From NCBI GenBank assembly GCA_947475005.1, contig CANJLI010000001.1, forward strand, positions 5,010 to 69,009: a stretch of 64,000 nt of DNA. The letters run 5' to 3'. Both the position numbers and the translations under genes were made by a program. Under the pieces are notes generated by a model. That model saw nothing but the letters and a program-made list of their open reading frames with translations. It made no database searches and was not told the DNA's origin. This DNA comes from Deltaproteobacteria bacterium. Its GTDB lineage: Bacteria > Bdellovibrionota_B > Oligoflexia > Oligoflexales > Bog-1112. The stretch's first letter is position 1. The number at the start of each line of letters is the position of its first letter. Positions 18,390 through 28,217 of this stretch are shown here, piece after piece.

Positions 18390-21300
18390 TGGGGAAGCTG
18401 GTCTGGGATCATTTCTTGTAGAAAAGCTCGGTCACGAAACTTAGGTTCCGGTGTTCGCGGCATGTCTGACATATTCCATTGCACCACCATAATATGATAC
18501 TCAGACTTTATCAAGTCTAACAATTCGTTTATCTGCTTGTGATTAAGAAATTCAACTAAAGAAAGATCCTCACCTCTTTTAGTTTCTTCAACAAAAAATA
18601 TCTCCCGCTGCACCAATGGATTCAGTGATAAAAATCGAGCGCTCCATGAAGCCGACACAGAAGAATCGTTTAAATAAAGCGAATTTACCAATTTAACTTG
18701 TTTTTTTGGATCCACAACTCTTGGAAAAAGAAGAGTAAAAATTTCTTTTTTTACAAAGAATTCCCCTTCGGACAATGGTTCATATTCAATCTTTTTACCA
18801 ATTTTATATTCCATCAATGAAAGCAAAATCCTCTCACCTTCTTCCGTCTTGATCAGCTCCAGCATAAGGGTCTTTACAAGCTTGTCAGGGATTTTTACAT
18901 TTTTCTCCAGTCTATGTCGAATAATTTTTTCTATCTTTTCCGGAGGAAGACTTGCGATTAATTTATATAAGTTATCATCATCTATTAACCGTTCCCAATA
19001 GTAATTCAAAGTATTATTTGATGGTAAATATTTACTAGAAAAAAATTTATCTGTCGCTTTCGATAAATCCGAAACAAAATTCAAATCATATTTAAAACCA
19101 TCTGCCAGATCGATCTTTTTTGTTGCAAACAGCTTCACAGCAAACATGAAGTCTATATCAGGCTCACTCACTGCATAGGAGAAAAAATGTTTTTTGAACT
19201 CCGCAGAAAAACTTATATCAAGAGAAAGAAGGAAGCCCTGAGTACAGAGATTAAAATGTTTTGTTAACATCTTTCTTTGAAATTCTTCCTCATTTATATG
19301 CCAAGAGCAATGCAATTCATTTCTATATTCATCTAGATCTTTGCCTTGAGAGTTAGCCTCCACCTCAATCCAACCTGAACTGAATATGAGGCTCTCATTT
19401 GCCCGTAGAACAGAAACTGGAAAATTGTACTTGTCTAATAAATAAACGATCGGTAATCGCCCATGGGAGTCCCGCTCCAGATACTCACTTAATAGCCTTA
19501 TATTCTTGATTATTTTATCAAAATTCGCAACCACAATCGAGTCTGTTTCTTTTCTTTTGTCACTCGGCAACCGCTGGATAGCAGCTTGCTCAAATTGAAA
19601 AAATTCACGAAGACTTTCAATGGTAAGCGGCTCATGAATCGGTTTTACTGCCTTACTTATTTGATCAAAACTCTCATTCATAACTTTAGCTATATATGAG
19701 GACTTCTCTTCCATTTTTTCAGATATAGCATCAAAATATTCAAATAATTCAATAGCTTCTTCGTTGGTAAACCCCTGAGAAAGCGGCTTTAATCCATAAA
19801 TTATTTTTTTGTAATTTTCTTCTACAATTGCGTCTATTTCTTTTCTTTTTTCGCTCGGCAAAAGCCGCCACAGGGGTTTTAATGCAAAAAACTCTTTAAC
19901 GCTTCGAGCTGAAATTGGTTCAACAAGCGGTTGAGCTTGTAAGCTAATAAACGTTTCTAAACTTCGAGGTAAGGTCACAGCACCTGAATTTTGAATCAGT
20001 GGGTATGTATTTACAATAATATCAAGATCACATTTTTCAGACAGCTGTAAAAAATTTTCTTCGATATAAGGTTTTTTTAATTTTCTCTCCTCAGCTTCGT
20101 ATTTCACCCAATTTAAAATTCGAAGTGGAACTTCTCGAACAGTGAGAGTAATGGGGATCCCATAAGTAGAACATAGGCCTTTATTACCACTCGTATAAAA
20201 TCCTGCCCCACAGTAAGACACTCCTTGTTTTATTGTTTTCTCTTCTTCCTTTTCTTCGCTCTTTCCATCACTAGGAACCAATCCACCTCGCATCATACTC
20301 AGAATATTTTTTACATCAGGCGTTCCGTGATATAGGGCACCTTTGTCAGTGTATGTATCGATAAAAGTTTGTTGATCCATGAGTAGCCCCCTCTCCTTTA
20401 AGGAACAAGGGTCATAAGAAGGCTGGCGTTTCTCCGGCCGAACATTTCGTAAAAATTCGTAAACTGGAGGCAATTTACTACCCTTTTTCCTTTCGGCGAG
20501 AACACTCGCTAGCGAAGAGACCAATTGCTCCACCTGTCCTTTTGATCTAAAAATTCGATTGTGCCCCCCCTGAAATCGGGCATTTCGCATCATTTTGTCG
20601 AGTTGCTCCATGGCTTTTGGGGATAATCGCCCCCCTAATTGTAGGGATGTGATCAGCCTATTTAACTCTTTGCTAATTTGCTCTGTCCCTTCCTTAGAAA
20701 TATCCAAGAACGGAAGTTCCAAAAGAGCACGTAAACCGCGAATGGTTTGCTTATCTGCATCCTCTTCTTTTTCACCTAGCTTCGGAGGTAAATAGTCATA
20801 TGTACCGTGAAAAAAATTAGTAAAGATTTTCAAATCCCCATCGGGTTCCTTGATAGAACCTGTATCTTCTGAAATCGAGAACGCGAGCCAATCAAGGGCG
20901 CTACCACCCTGCGCAGTGGCCCGATCTATCTGTGTCTTATAAGACTTCACATCCCCCACAAGAACGAAGGATTTTTTGAAAGGAAGATCGACGTCTCTAA
21001 GTCCCATATGGGTTTCGGCAGAATTTATAAAGTTTGTAAGTTTACTTTTAATTTTACTCAGATCAGATTTTTCTTTTCTGAATAAAAATAACATATCGAA
21101 ATCACTTCCGATACCAAGAGCATCCTGCCTCAAAACAGGTTCTTCCTCTTTTTTCATGAGCTTAAAAATCATGTGTATATCTAGATCTGGATCTTTGTGT
21201 TTCATATCGTAAACAACGTTATACACATACCCCAATAAGCTTCGAACCACCCCACCCGCTACATACAATTGCATATCAGGGTCCAGAGCAAGGGCCTGCG

Positions 21301-21535
21301 TACGAAGCTCATTGATAAATCCAACTTTTTTTAACTCAGCACCTCCTGGCAGAACATAGGGAATATCAAGACGATCCAAGATATGATAGAGGACCTCCTC
21401 GATCTCTTTTTTCGCCTCTGCCTCCGATTTAAATTCAGCAAAATAGTTGGGAAATTCTACCTCCACTTTTGGAGGAGCATACAAGACAGGGACTACGAAA
21501 AAGAAGCTCAGAAAGAAGATCAGACTCTGTTTCAT
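18386..21535 (-). CDS. Large secreted protein, paralog 1: class II nucleotidyltransferase-like plus ADP-ribosyltransferase-like domains
   Basis: Start set at MKQSL by comparison with paralogs and the shared GAGGTGG RBS; YVAGGVVRSLLG...SDFD; LYHGT...GGLVPS...GAGFYTS. Confidence 0.7.
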   Translation of the reverse strand: MKQSLIFFLSFFFVVPVLYAPPKVEVEFPNYFAEFKSEAEAKKEIEEVLYHILDRLDIPYVLPGGAELKKVGFINELRTQALALDPDMQLYVAGGVVRSLLGYVYNVVYDMKHKDPDLDIHMIFKLMKKEEEPVLRQDALGIGSDFDMLFLFRKEKSDLSKIKSKLTNFINSAETHMGLRDVDLPFKKSFVLVGDVKSYKTQIDRATAQGGSALDWLAFSISEDTGSIKEPDGDLKIFTNFFHGTYDYLPPKLGEKEEDADKQTIRGLRALLELPFLDISKEGTEQISKELNRLITSLQLGGRLSPKAMEQLDKMMRNARFQGGHNRIFRSKGQVEQLVSSLASVLAERKKGSKLPPVYEFLRNVRPEKRQPSYDPCSLKERGLLMDQQTFIDTYTDKGALYHGTPDVKNILSMMRGGLVPSDGKSEEKEEEKTIKQGVSYCGAGFYTSGNKGLCSTYGIPITLTVREVPLRILNWVKYEAEERKLKKPYIEENFLQLSEKCDLDIIVNTYPLIQNSGAVTLPRSLETFISLQAQPLVEPISARSVKEFFALKPLWRLLPSEKRKEIDAIVEENYKKIIYGLKPLSQGFTNEEAIELFEYFDAISEKMEEKSSYIAKVMNESFDQISKAVKPIHEPLTIESLREFFQFEQAAIQRLPSDKRKETDSIVVANFDKIIKNIRLLSEYLERDSHGRLPIVYLLDKYNFPVSVLRANESLIFSSGWIEVEANSQGKDLDEYRNELHCSWHINEEEFQRKMLTKHFNLCTQGFLLSLDISFSAEFKKHFFSYAVSEPDIDFMFAVKLFATKKIDLADGFKYDLNFVSDLSKATDKFFSSKYLPSNNTLNYYWERLIDDDNLYKLIASLPPEKIEKIIRHRLEKNVKIPDKLVKTLMLELIKTEEGERILLSLMEYKIGKKIEYEPLSEGEFFVKKEIFTLLFPRVVDPKKQVKLVNSLYLNDSSVSASWSARFLSLNPLVQREIFFVEETKRGEDLSLVEFLNHKQINELLDLIKSEYHIMVVQWNMSDMPRTPEPKFRDRAFLQEMIPDQLPH

Positions 21536-21633
21536 CGACCACCTCGTTGTAAGATCTAAAGGATTGGGTACACCTACGAATGGCGCTTCCTTAAGGGTGA
21601 ATGAGATAAGAAACACTCCGTTCGAATGCCCCT

Positions 21634-21828
21634 GATAAAACGAAAGTCCTGTGGGGACACCCCGTTGGAGTGTCCCCGTCACACGGATAAAACGAAAGTC
21701 CTGTGGGGACACCCCGTTGGAGTGTCCCCGTCACACGGATAAAACGAAAGTCCTGTGGGGACACCCCGTTGGAGTGTCCCCGTCACACGCCGCATCGGGG
21801 ACACTCCAACAGGGTGTCCCCAATCCCA
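21634..21828. repeat. Three identical 52-bp tandem units carrying a family A hairpin (GGGGACAC...GTGTCCCC), followed by an inverted hairpin copy
   Basis: Units start at 21634, 21686 and 21738; inverted copy at about 21797-21821. Confidence 0.92.
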
Positions 21829-21870
21829 TGCACGGCTCCAAAAGCCAGATGTTCAGAGCTAATGAGGAAG

Positions 21871-24800
21871 CTAGTCTGGGATCACCTTTTTTAAATCATC
21901 CCGTTCAAGAAAGGATTCCTCATAGGAAGCACGAGACGTCAACCACTTCTCCATCAAAGATTTATATGTAGGATTTGTCCTATTTAAGATTAATTTTTCT
22001 GCATATATGTTGAAACTCCAATCCCAGGCATTTATCTCCCAGCCCTTACTCTGACTGGCAGATAAAGAAGAGTTTTTTCTTACCATATTTTCAACAAATA
22101 TAATCTCCCTTAGCACTGATGAGCTTAGTTTTAAAATTTTAAGCTCCCATAATCTCCGCACGCTTGAATTATTCAAATAAAGAACATCTACCAATTTAAT
22201 TTGTTTTTCTGGATCTGTAAGAATTGGTAAAAGAAGAGTAAAAATTTCTTCCTTTACAACAAATTCACTCTCAGAAAATTGAATGACTCTATCCGATTTA
22301 TTCTTCATAAACGAAAGCAAAATCTCCTCTCCACCCTCCGCCTTGCTCATATTAAATATAATTGATTTAATTGACTTTCTAGAGAGTTTTATTTTATTCT
22401 CCATTTGAGATTGAATCAATATTTTCTTACCTTCTACAGAAAATCCAGCTATTAAATCATCCGTTAGATCAATTTCTTCGTTTTTGAATAGATTCGAAGC
22501 AAAATCGAAGTCAAGATCATCCTCTTCCTTCACAACCAAGAATAAAAATTGTTTTCTTAACTCTGCTAAAATACTTATATCAAGAGAGAGGCGGAATTGT
22601 ACAGAAAGAAGATATTTCTTACTGCAACGATTAAAACTTTTTTTGAAAATTTCTCTTTGAAAAGAAACCTCATCTATACTCCACAAACAATGACATTCCT
22701 CTTTATATCTCGCTGGGTCTATGCCATTAATTTCAGCTTCTGCCTTAAACCAACCTAAATTGAAAATGAATTCCTCATTCTCCCGTAGAACAGACTTTGG
22801 GAAATGCCGCAAATTTAAGGACGAGATAGGAGCATATCGTGAAACAATTGAAAACAGGAGCTCGCTTTTGAGTATTTTCTCATAATTTGATTTCAAAATC
22901 AGTTCGATTTCATTTCTTTTTTCACGAGGTAATCTTTTGGAAGCGATTTCTTCAAATTTAAAAAATTCTTTAATATTTTCAATAGTAAGAGGATCAGGAA
23001 TTGGTTTAACCATGCTAGTGATTTTTTGATAACTTTCATTCACAACGGCATCTATATGCGTCGAGATTTCTTGGGTCAGTCTTGTTCCTCGAATCTTTCG
23101 ACGAAGAAGATCAAGATAGTTAAGAAATTCCAAAATTTCTTGATCGGTAAAACTATCGGAAATTGGTTTGAAGCCACTAACTATTTTAGTGTAATTTCCG
23201 TCTATAATAACTTGTATTTCTTTTTTTACTTCGCTTGGAAGAAGCTTCCAGAGTGGTTCTAATTTAAAAAACCCAGCAAGATCTTTTGATGAAATTTTTT
23301 CTGGGAGAGGTTTTGCTTGCAAAGCAATATATCCCTCTAAACTTTTTGGTAGATTTACAGCGCCTGAGTTTTGAATCAGTGGGTATTGATTTACAATAAT
23401 ATCAAGATCACATCTTTCAGAAAGCTCTAAAAAATTTTCTTCTTTATACTCTTTTTTATCAGATCGAAACTTCTCCCAATCTAAAATTCGAAGAGGGACA
23501 TCGCGAACAGTGAGTGTAATTGGAATCCCATAGGTAGAACACAGATCTTTATCCTTACTCGTGTAAAACCCAGCCCCGCATACAGATGTCCCTTGTTTCA
23601 TTTTTTTTTCTTCTGCATTTTTTTCACTCTTTCCATCACTAGGAACCAATCCACCTCGCATCATACTCAGAATATTTTTCACATCAGGTGTTCCGTGATA
23701 CAGAGTGCCTTGATCCGTGTATGTATCAAGAAAAAATTTCTGATTCATAAGAAACCCTTCTGCCTCTAACGAACAGGGATCATCAGAAGAGGATCGTTTC
23801 TCCGGCCGAACATTTCGTAAGAATTCGTAAACTGGAGGCAATTTACCCCCATTTTGCCTTTCGTGGAGAGCACTCGCTAGTGCCAAGGCCAATTGCTCCA
23901 CCTGTCCTTTTGATCTAAAAATTCGATTGTGCCCTCCTTGAAATCGGGCATTTCGCATCATTTTTTCAATCTGTTCCATGGCGTTATCGGATAAGGGATT
24001 TCCTGACTTGATCAGTGTATTTAACTCTTTGCTAATTTGCTCTTGCCCTGCCTTGGAAATATCCAAAAATGGAAGCTCCAGAAGAGCACGCAAACCGCGA
24101 ATGGTTTGCTTATCTGCAATCTCTACTTTTTCGCCAGGCTTCGGAGCAAAATAGTCATACGTACCCTGATAAAAATTAGTAAAAATATGCAAGTCCCCAT
24201 CGGGTTCCTTGATAGAGCCTTTGTCTTTTGAAATTGAGAAAGCCAACCAGTCAAGAGCACTACCACCTTGGGCAGTGGCTCGATCTATCTGTTGTTTATA
24301 GGCCTTCACATCTCCCACAAGAACGAAGGATTTCTTAAAAGGAATATCGACGTATTGAAGTCCCATATGGGTTTCAGCAGAATTTATAAATTCTGTAAGC
24401 TTATCTTTTATTTCTCTTGTTTCAGATTTTTCTTTTTTAAATAAAAACAACATATCGAAATCACTTCCGATACCGAGAGCATCCTGCCTCAAGACTGGTT
24501 TTTTATCCTTTTTCATGAACTCAAAAATCATGTGTATATCTAGATCTGGATATTTGTGTTTCATATCGTAAACAACGTTATACACATACCCCAATAAGCT
24601 TCGAACCACCCCACCCGCCACATACAGCTGCATGTCAGGGTCCAGTGCGAGGGCTTGCGAACGAAGCTCATTGATAAATCCAACTTTTTTTAACTCATCA
24701 CCTCCTGGCAGAACATAGCGAATATCAAGACGATCCAAGATATGATAGAGGACCTCCTCGATCTCTTTTTTCGCCTCTGCCTCCGATTTAAACTCAGCAA

Positions 24801-24894
24801 AATAGTTGGGGAATTCTACCCCCACTGTTGGAGGGGCATACAAGACAGGGACCACGAAAAAGAAGCTCAGAAACAACACAATTCTCCGTTTCAT
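21871..24894 (-). CDS. Large secreted protein, paralog 2 (NTase-like plus ART-like)
   Basis: Same N-terminal ~530 aa and motifs as paralogs 1 and 3; most divergent C-terminus. Confidence 0.7.
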   Translation of the reverse strand: MKRRIVLFLSFFFVVPVLYAPPTVGVEFPNYFAEFKSEAEAKKEIEEVLYHILDRLDIRYVLPGGDELKKVGFINELRSQALALDPDMQLYVAGGVVRSLLGYVYNVVYDMKHKYPDLDIHMIFEFMKKDKKPVLRQDALGIGSDFDMLFLFKKEKSETREIKDKLTEFINSAETHMGLQYVDIPFKKSFVLVGDVKAYKQQIDRATAQGGSALDWLAFSISKDKGSIKEPDGDLHIFTNFYQGTYDYFAPKPGEKVEIADKQTIRGLRALLELPFLDISKAGQEQISKELNTLIKSGNPLSDNAMEQIEKMMRNARFQGGHNRIFRSKGQVEQLALALASALHERQNGGKLPPVYEFLRNVRPEKRSSSDDPCSLEAEGFLMNQKFFLDTYTDQGTLYHGTPDVKNILSMMRGGLVPSDGKSEKNAEEKKMKQGTSVCGAGFYTSKDKDLCSTYGIPITLTVRDVPLRILDWEKFRSDKKEYKEENFLELSERCDLDIIVNQYPLIQNSGAVNLPKSLEGYIALQAKPLPEKISSKDLAGFFKLEPLWKLLPSEVKKEIQVIIDGNYTKIVSGFKPISDSFTDQEILEFLNYLDLLRRKIRGTRLTQEISTHIDAVVNESYQKITSMVKPIPDPLTIENIKEFFKFEEIASKRLPREKRNEIELILKSNYEKILKSELLFSIVSRYAPISSLNLRHFPKSVLRENEEFIFNLGWFKAEAEINGIDPARYKEECHCLWSIDEVSFQREIFKKSFNRCSKKYLLSVQFRLSLDISILAELRKQFLFLVVKEEDDLDFDFASNLFKNEEIDLTDDLIAGFSVEGKKILIQSQMENKIKLSRKSIKSIIFNMSKAEGGEEILLSFMKNKSDRVIQFSESEFVVKEEIFTLLLPILTDPEKQIKLVDVLYLNNSSVRRLWELKILKLSSSVLREIIFVENMVRKNSSLSASQSKGWEINAWDWSFNIYAEKLILNRTNPTYKSLMEKWLTSRASYEESFLERDDLKKVIPD

Positions 24895-24920
24895 CGACCA
24901 CCTCGTTGTAAATATGTTTC

Positions 24921-27900
24921 TTAAGGATTTGGGATCATTTCTTGTAGAAAAGAGCGATCAAGAAATCTAGGTTCCGGTGTTCGGTTTATTTGTGTCTTCG
25001 CCCATTTTATCACCAGACCATAATACTCAGGCTTTATCAATTTTGACAATTCGCTTAGTTGCTCGGGATTACAAAATGAAACAGAAAAAGATTCGTCGCT
25101 TCTTTTAGTTTCTTCAACAAAAAATATCTCCCGCAGCACCAACGGATTCAACGATGAAAATCGAGTTCTCCACAACTCCAACACAGAAGAATCTTCCAAA
25201 TAAAGCGCATTTGCCAATTTAACTTGCTTTTTAGGATCTAAAATCTTTGGGAAAAGAAGAATAAAAATTTCTTTCTTTACAAAAAATTCCCCTTCGAAAT
25301 CTCCACCATATGATTCAATTTTTTTACCAATTTTATATTCCATAAATGAAAGTAAAATCCTCTCGCCTTCTTCTGTTTTGCTCAGATGCAGCATAAGGGT
25401 TTTTACAAGCTCGTTAGGAACTTTTATATTTTTCTCCAGTCTATATTGAATAATTTTTCCTACCTCTTGCAGAGGAAGGCCAGCTATTACGCTATATAAG
25501 TTATCGTCATCCTTTAAATTCTCCCAGTATTTATTCAACTTCCAATTTACTATTTTTAAATCCAGAGATGAAGGCTTGCTGGAAAAATATTTATCTGTCG
25601 CTTTCAACAAATCCGAAACAAAACTCAGGTCGTGTTTAAAATCAGCTGTTAGATCGATTTTTTTAAATATCTTCATAGCAAACATGAAGTCTATATCACC
25701 CTCATTTACTACATAGGATAAAAAATGTTTTTTAAACTCTGTTGAAATACGTATATCTAGAGAAAGAAGGAACTCCCTAGTACAAAGATCAAAAGATTTT
25801 CTTAACATATCTCTTTGAAAAGAGGCCTCATTTATATGCCAAGAACAATGCAATTCATTTTTATATTCATCTGGATCTTTGCCTTGAGAGTTAGCCTCCG
25901 CTTCAATCCAACCTGACTCGACTATGAGGCGCTCATTTGCCCGTAGGACAGAGTTTGGGAAATTGTGATCTTCTAAAAAAGAGATCGGTGATTGTACAAA
26001 GTAGTACCTTTCTTTATACTCATTTAACAGTCTAGTGCTCTTTATTATTTTGTCGTAATTTGAATCCATAACCGATTCTATTTTTTCTCTTTTATCGAGA
26101 GGCAACCACTGAGTAGCTATTTTCTCAAATTGAAAAAACTCGCGAAAACTTTCAACGGTAAGCGGTTCAGAAAGCGGCTTTACATTCTTACTGATTTGAT
26201 CATAACTTTCATTCATAACTTGATCTATACGTGAGGATACTTCGCTCATTTTTTCACTCGGCATATTTTTACGAAGAACATCGAAAAATTCAAAATATTC
26301 AGAAATTTTTTCATCGGTAATCGGCTCAGAAAGCGGTTTAAATCTCCCAATTATTTTTTCATAATTTCCTTCTATAATCGACTCTATTTCTTTTCTTTTT
26401 TCACTCGGCAAAAGTCGCCACAGGGGTTCTAATTTAAAAAATTCCATAAGGTTTTTTGTCGAAATCGGCTCAGAAATTGGTTTTATTTGTAAGCCAATCA
26501 ATGTTTCTAGACTTCGAGGGAGATCCACAGCACCGGAATTTTGAATCAGTGGATATCGATTTACAATAATATCAAGATCACATCTTTCAGAAAGCTCTAA
26601 AAAATTTTCCTCTTTATACTCTTTTTTTGATCTTTCTTTTTCATAAGATTGGAATTTCTGCCAATCTAAAATTCGAAGGGGAACCTTTCGAACTGCGAGG
26701 GTAATTGGAATCCCATATGTAAGACAGATACCTTTATCCTTACTCGTGTAAAAACCAGCCCCACACGCAGACACTCCTTGTTTTATTTTTTTCTCTTCTT
26801 CCTTTTCTTCACTCTTTCCATCACTAGGAACCAATCCCCCTCGCATCATACTCAGAATATTTTTCACATCAGGCGTTCCATGATAAAGAGTGCCGTTGTC
26901 CGTGTATGTATCGATAAAAATTTGTTGATTCATAAGAAACCCTCCCTCCCCTAACGAACAGGGATCATGAGAAGGGGAGCGTTTCTCCGGCCGAACATTT
27001 CGTAAAAATTCATAAACTGGAGGCAGTTTACCCTCACCTTCGCTTTTTTGTGGAAGCGAACGAGCCAGTGCCAAGGCCAATTGCTCAACCTGTCCTTTTG
27101 ATCTAAAAATTCGATTATGCCCCCCTTGAAATCGAGCATTTCGCATCATTTTTTCAAGCTGTTCCATGGCTTTATCGGATAAGGGCTTGCCTGATCGTAA
27201 GGATTCAAGTAGCACATTCAACTCTTTGCTAATTTGCTCTCTCCCTGTCTCGGAAATATCCAAAAATGGGAGCTCCAAAAGAGCGCGCAAACCGCGAATG
27301 GTTTGCTTATCTGCAACCTCTACTTTTTTGCCAAACTTCGGAGGTAAATAGTCATAGGTACCGCGATGAAATTTAGTAAAAATATGAAAATCTCCATCGG
27401 GCTCCTTGATAGAACCTGTTTCTTTTGAAATCGAGAAAGCCAACCAGTCAAGGGCGCTACCACCCTGTGCAGTGGCTCTATCTATTTGTTCCTTATAGGA
27501 CTTCACATCTCCCACCAGAACAAAGGATTTTTTGAAAGGAATATCGACGCCTCTAAGGCCCATATGGGTTTCAGCCGAATTTATAAATTCTGTAAGCACT
27601 TGTTTGATTTCACTCAGTTCAGATTTTTCTTTTTTGAATAAAAACAACATATCGAAATCGCTTCCAACACCGAGGGCGTCCTGCCTCAGGACGGGTTTTT
27701 TATCTTTTTTCATGAACTCAAAAATCATATGTATATCTAGATCTGGATATTTGTGTTTCATATCGTAAACAACGCTATACATATATCCCAACAGGCTTCG
27801 AACCACCCCACCCGCTACATACAGCTGCATGTCAGGGTCCAGTACGAGGGCCTGCGTGCGAAGTTCGTTGATAAATCCGACTTTTTTTAACTCAGTACCT

Positions 27901-28091
27901 CCTGACAGAACATAGGGAATATCAAGACGACCCAAGAGATGATAGAGGACCTCCTCGATCTCTTTTTTCGCCTCTGCCTCCAATTTAAACTCAGCAAAAT
28001 AGTTGGGAAACTCTATCTCCACTTTTGGAGGAGCATACAAGGCTGGGGCTACAAAAAAGAAGCTCAGAAAGAAGCTCAGACTCTGTTTCAT
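24921..28091 (-). CDS. Large secreted protein, paralog 3 (NTase-like plus ART-like)
   Basis: Same motifs; C-terminal region aligns with paralog 1 (RTPEP.F.DR.FLQEMIP). Confidence 0.7.
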   Translation of the reverse strand: MKQSLSFFLSFFFVAPALYAPPKVEIEFPNYFAEFKLEAEAKKEIEEVLYHLLGRLDIPYVLSGGTELKKVGFINELRTQALVLDPDMQLYVAGGVVRSLLGYMYSVVYDMKHKYPDLDIHMIFEFMKKDKKPVLRQDALGVGSDFDMLFLFKKEKSELSEIKQVLTEFINSAETHMGLRGVDIPFKKSFVLVGDVKSYKEQIDRATAQGGSALDWLAFSISKETGSIKEPDGDFHIFTKFHRGTYDYLPPKFGKKVEVADKQTIRGLRALLELPFLDISETGREQISKELNVLLESLRSGKPLSDKAMEQLEKMMRNARFQGGHNRIFRSKGQVEQLALALARSLPQKSEGEGKLPPVYEFLRNVRPEKRSPSHDPCSLGEGGFLMNQQIFIDTYTDNGTLYHGTPDVKNILSMMRGGLVPSDGKSEEKEEEKKIKQGVSACGAGFYTSKDKGICLTYGIPITLAVRKVPLRILDWQKFQSYEKERSKKEYKEENFLELSERCDLDIIVNRYPLIQNSGAVDLPRSLETLIGLQIKPISEPISTKNLMEFFKLEPLWRLLPSEKRKEIESIIEGNYEKIIGRFKPLSEPITDEKISEYFEFFDVLRKNMPSEKMSEVSSRIDQVMNESYDQISKNVKPLSEPLTVESFREFFQFEKIATQWLPLDKREKIESVMDSNYDKIIKSTRLLNEYKERYYFVQSPISFLEDHNFPNSVLRANERLIVESGWIEAEANSQGKDPDEYKNELHCSWHINEASFQRDMLRKSFDLCTREFLLSLDIRISTEFKKHFLSYVVNEGDIDFMFAMKIFKKIDLTADFKHDLSFVSDLLKATDKYFSSKPSSLDLKIVNWKLNKYWENLKDDDNLYSVIAGLPLQEVGKIIQYRLEKNIKVPNELVKTLMLHLSKTEEGERILLSFMEYKIGKKIESYGGDFEGEFFVKKEIFILLFPKILDPKKQVKLANALYLEDSSVLELWRTRFSSLNPLVLREIFFVEETKRSDESFSVSFCNPEQLSELSKLIKPEYYGLVIKWAKTQINRTPEPRFLDRSFLQEMIPNP

Positions 28092-28134
28092 CGACCACCT
28101 CGTTGTAAATAAGTTTCTATGGAAAGATCTACTT

Positions 28135-28217
28135 AGGGATTGGGTACAGCTACCTTTTTATAGGTACAGCTACCTTTGGTAGCTGTACCTATAAAAAGGT
28201 AGCTGTACCCAATCCCT
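28135..28217. repeat. Family A perfect inverted repeat, 40-bp arms and 3-nt loop, with internal GGTACAGCTACCTTT duplication
   Basis: Arms 28135-28174 and 28178-28217 are exact reverse complements. Confidence 0.92.

Noticed and set aside
21634-21789. Possible CRISPR array (palindromic repeats at regular spacing)
   Set aside because: The whole 52-bp unit is identical, so there are no unique spacers, and no cas genes are in the window.
21536-21971. N-terminal extension of the 1108-aa ORF and short ORFs 21651-21971 and 21703-21894
   Set aside because: They translate repeat DNA; the paralogs and RBS place the real start at 21535.
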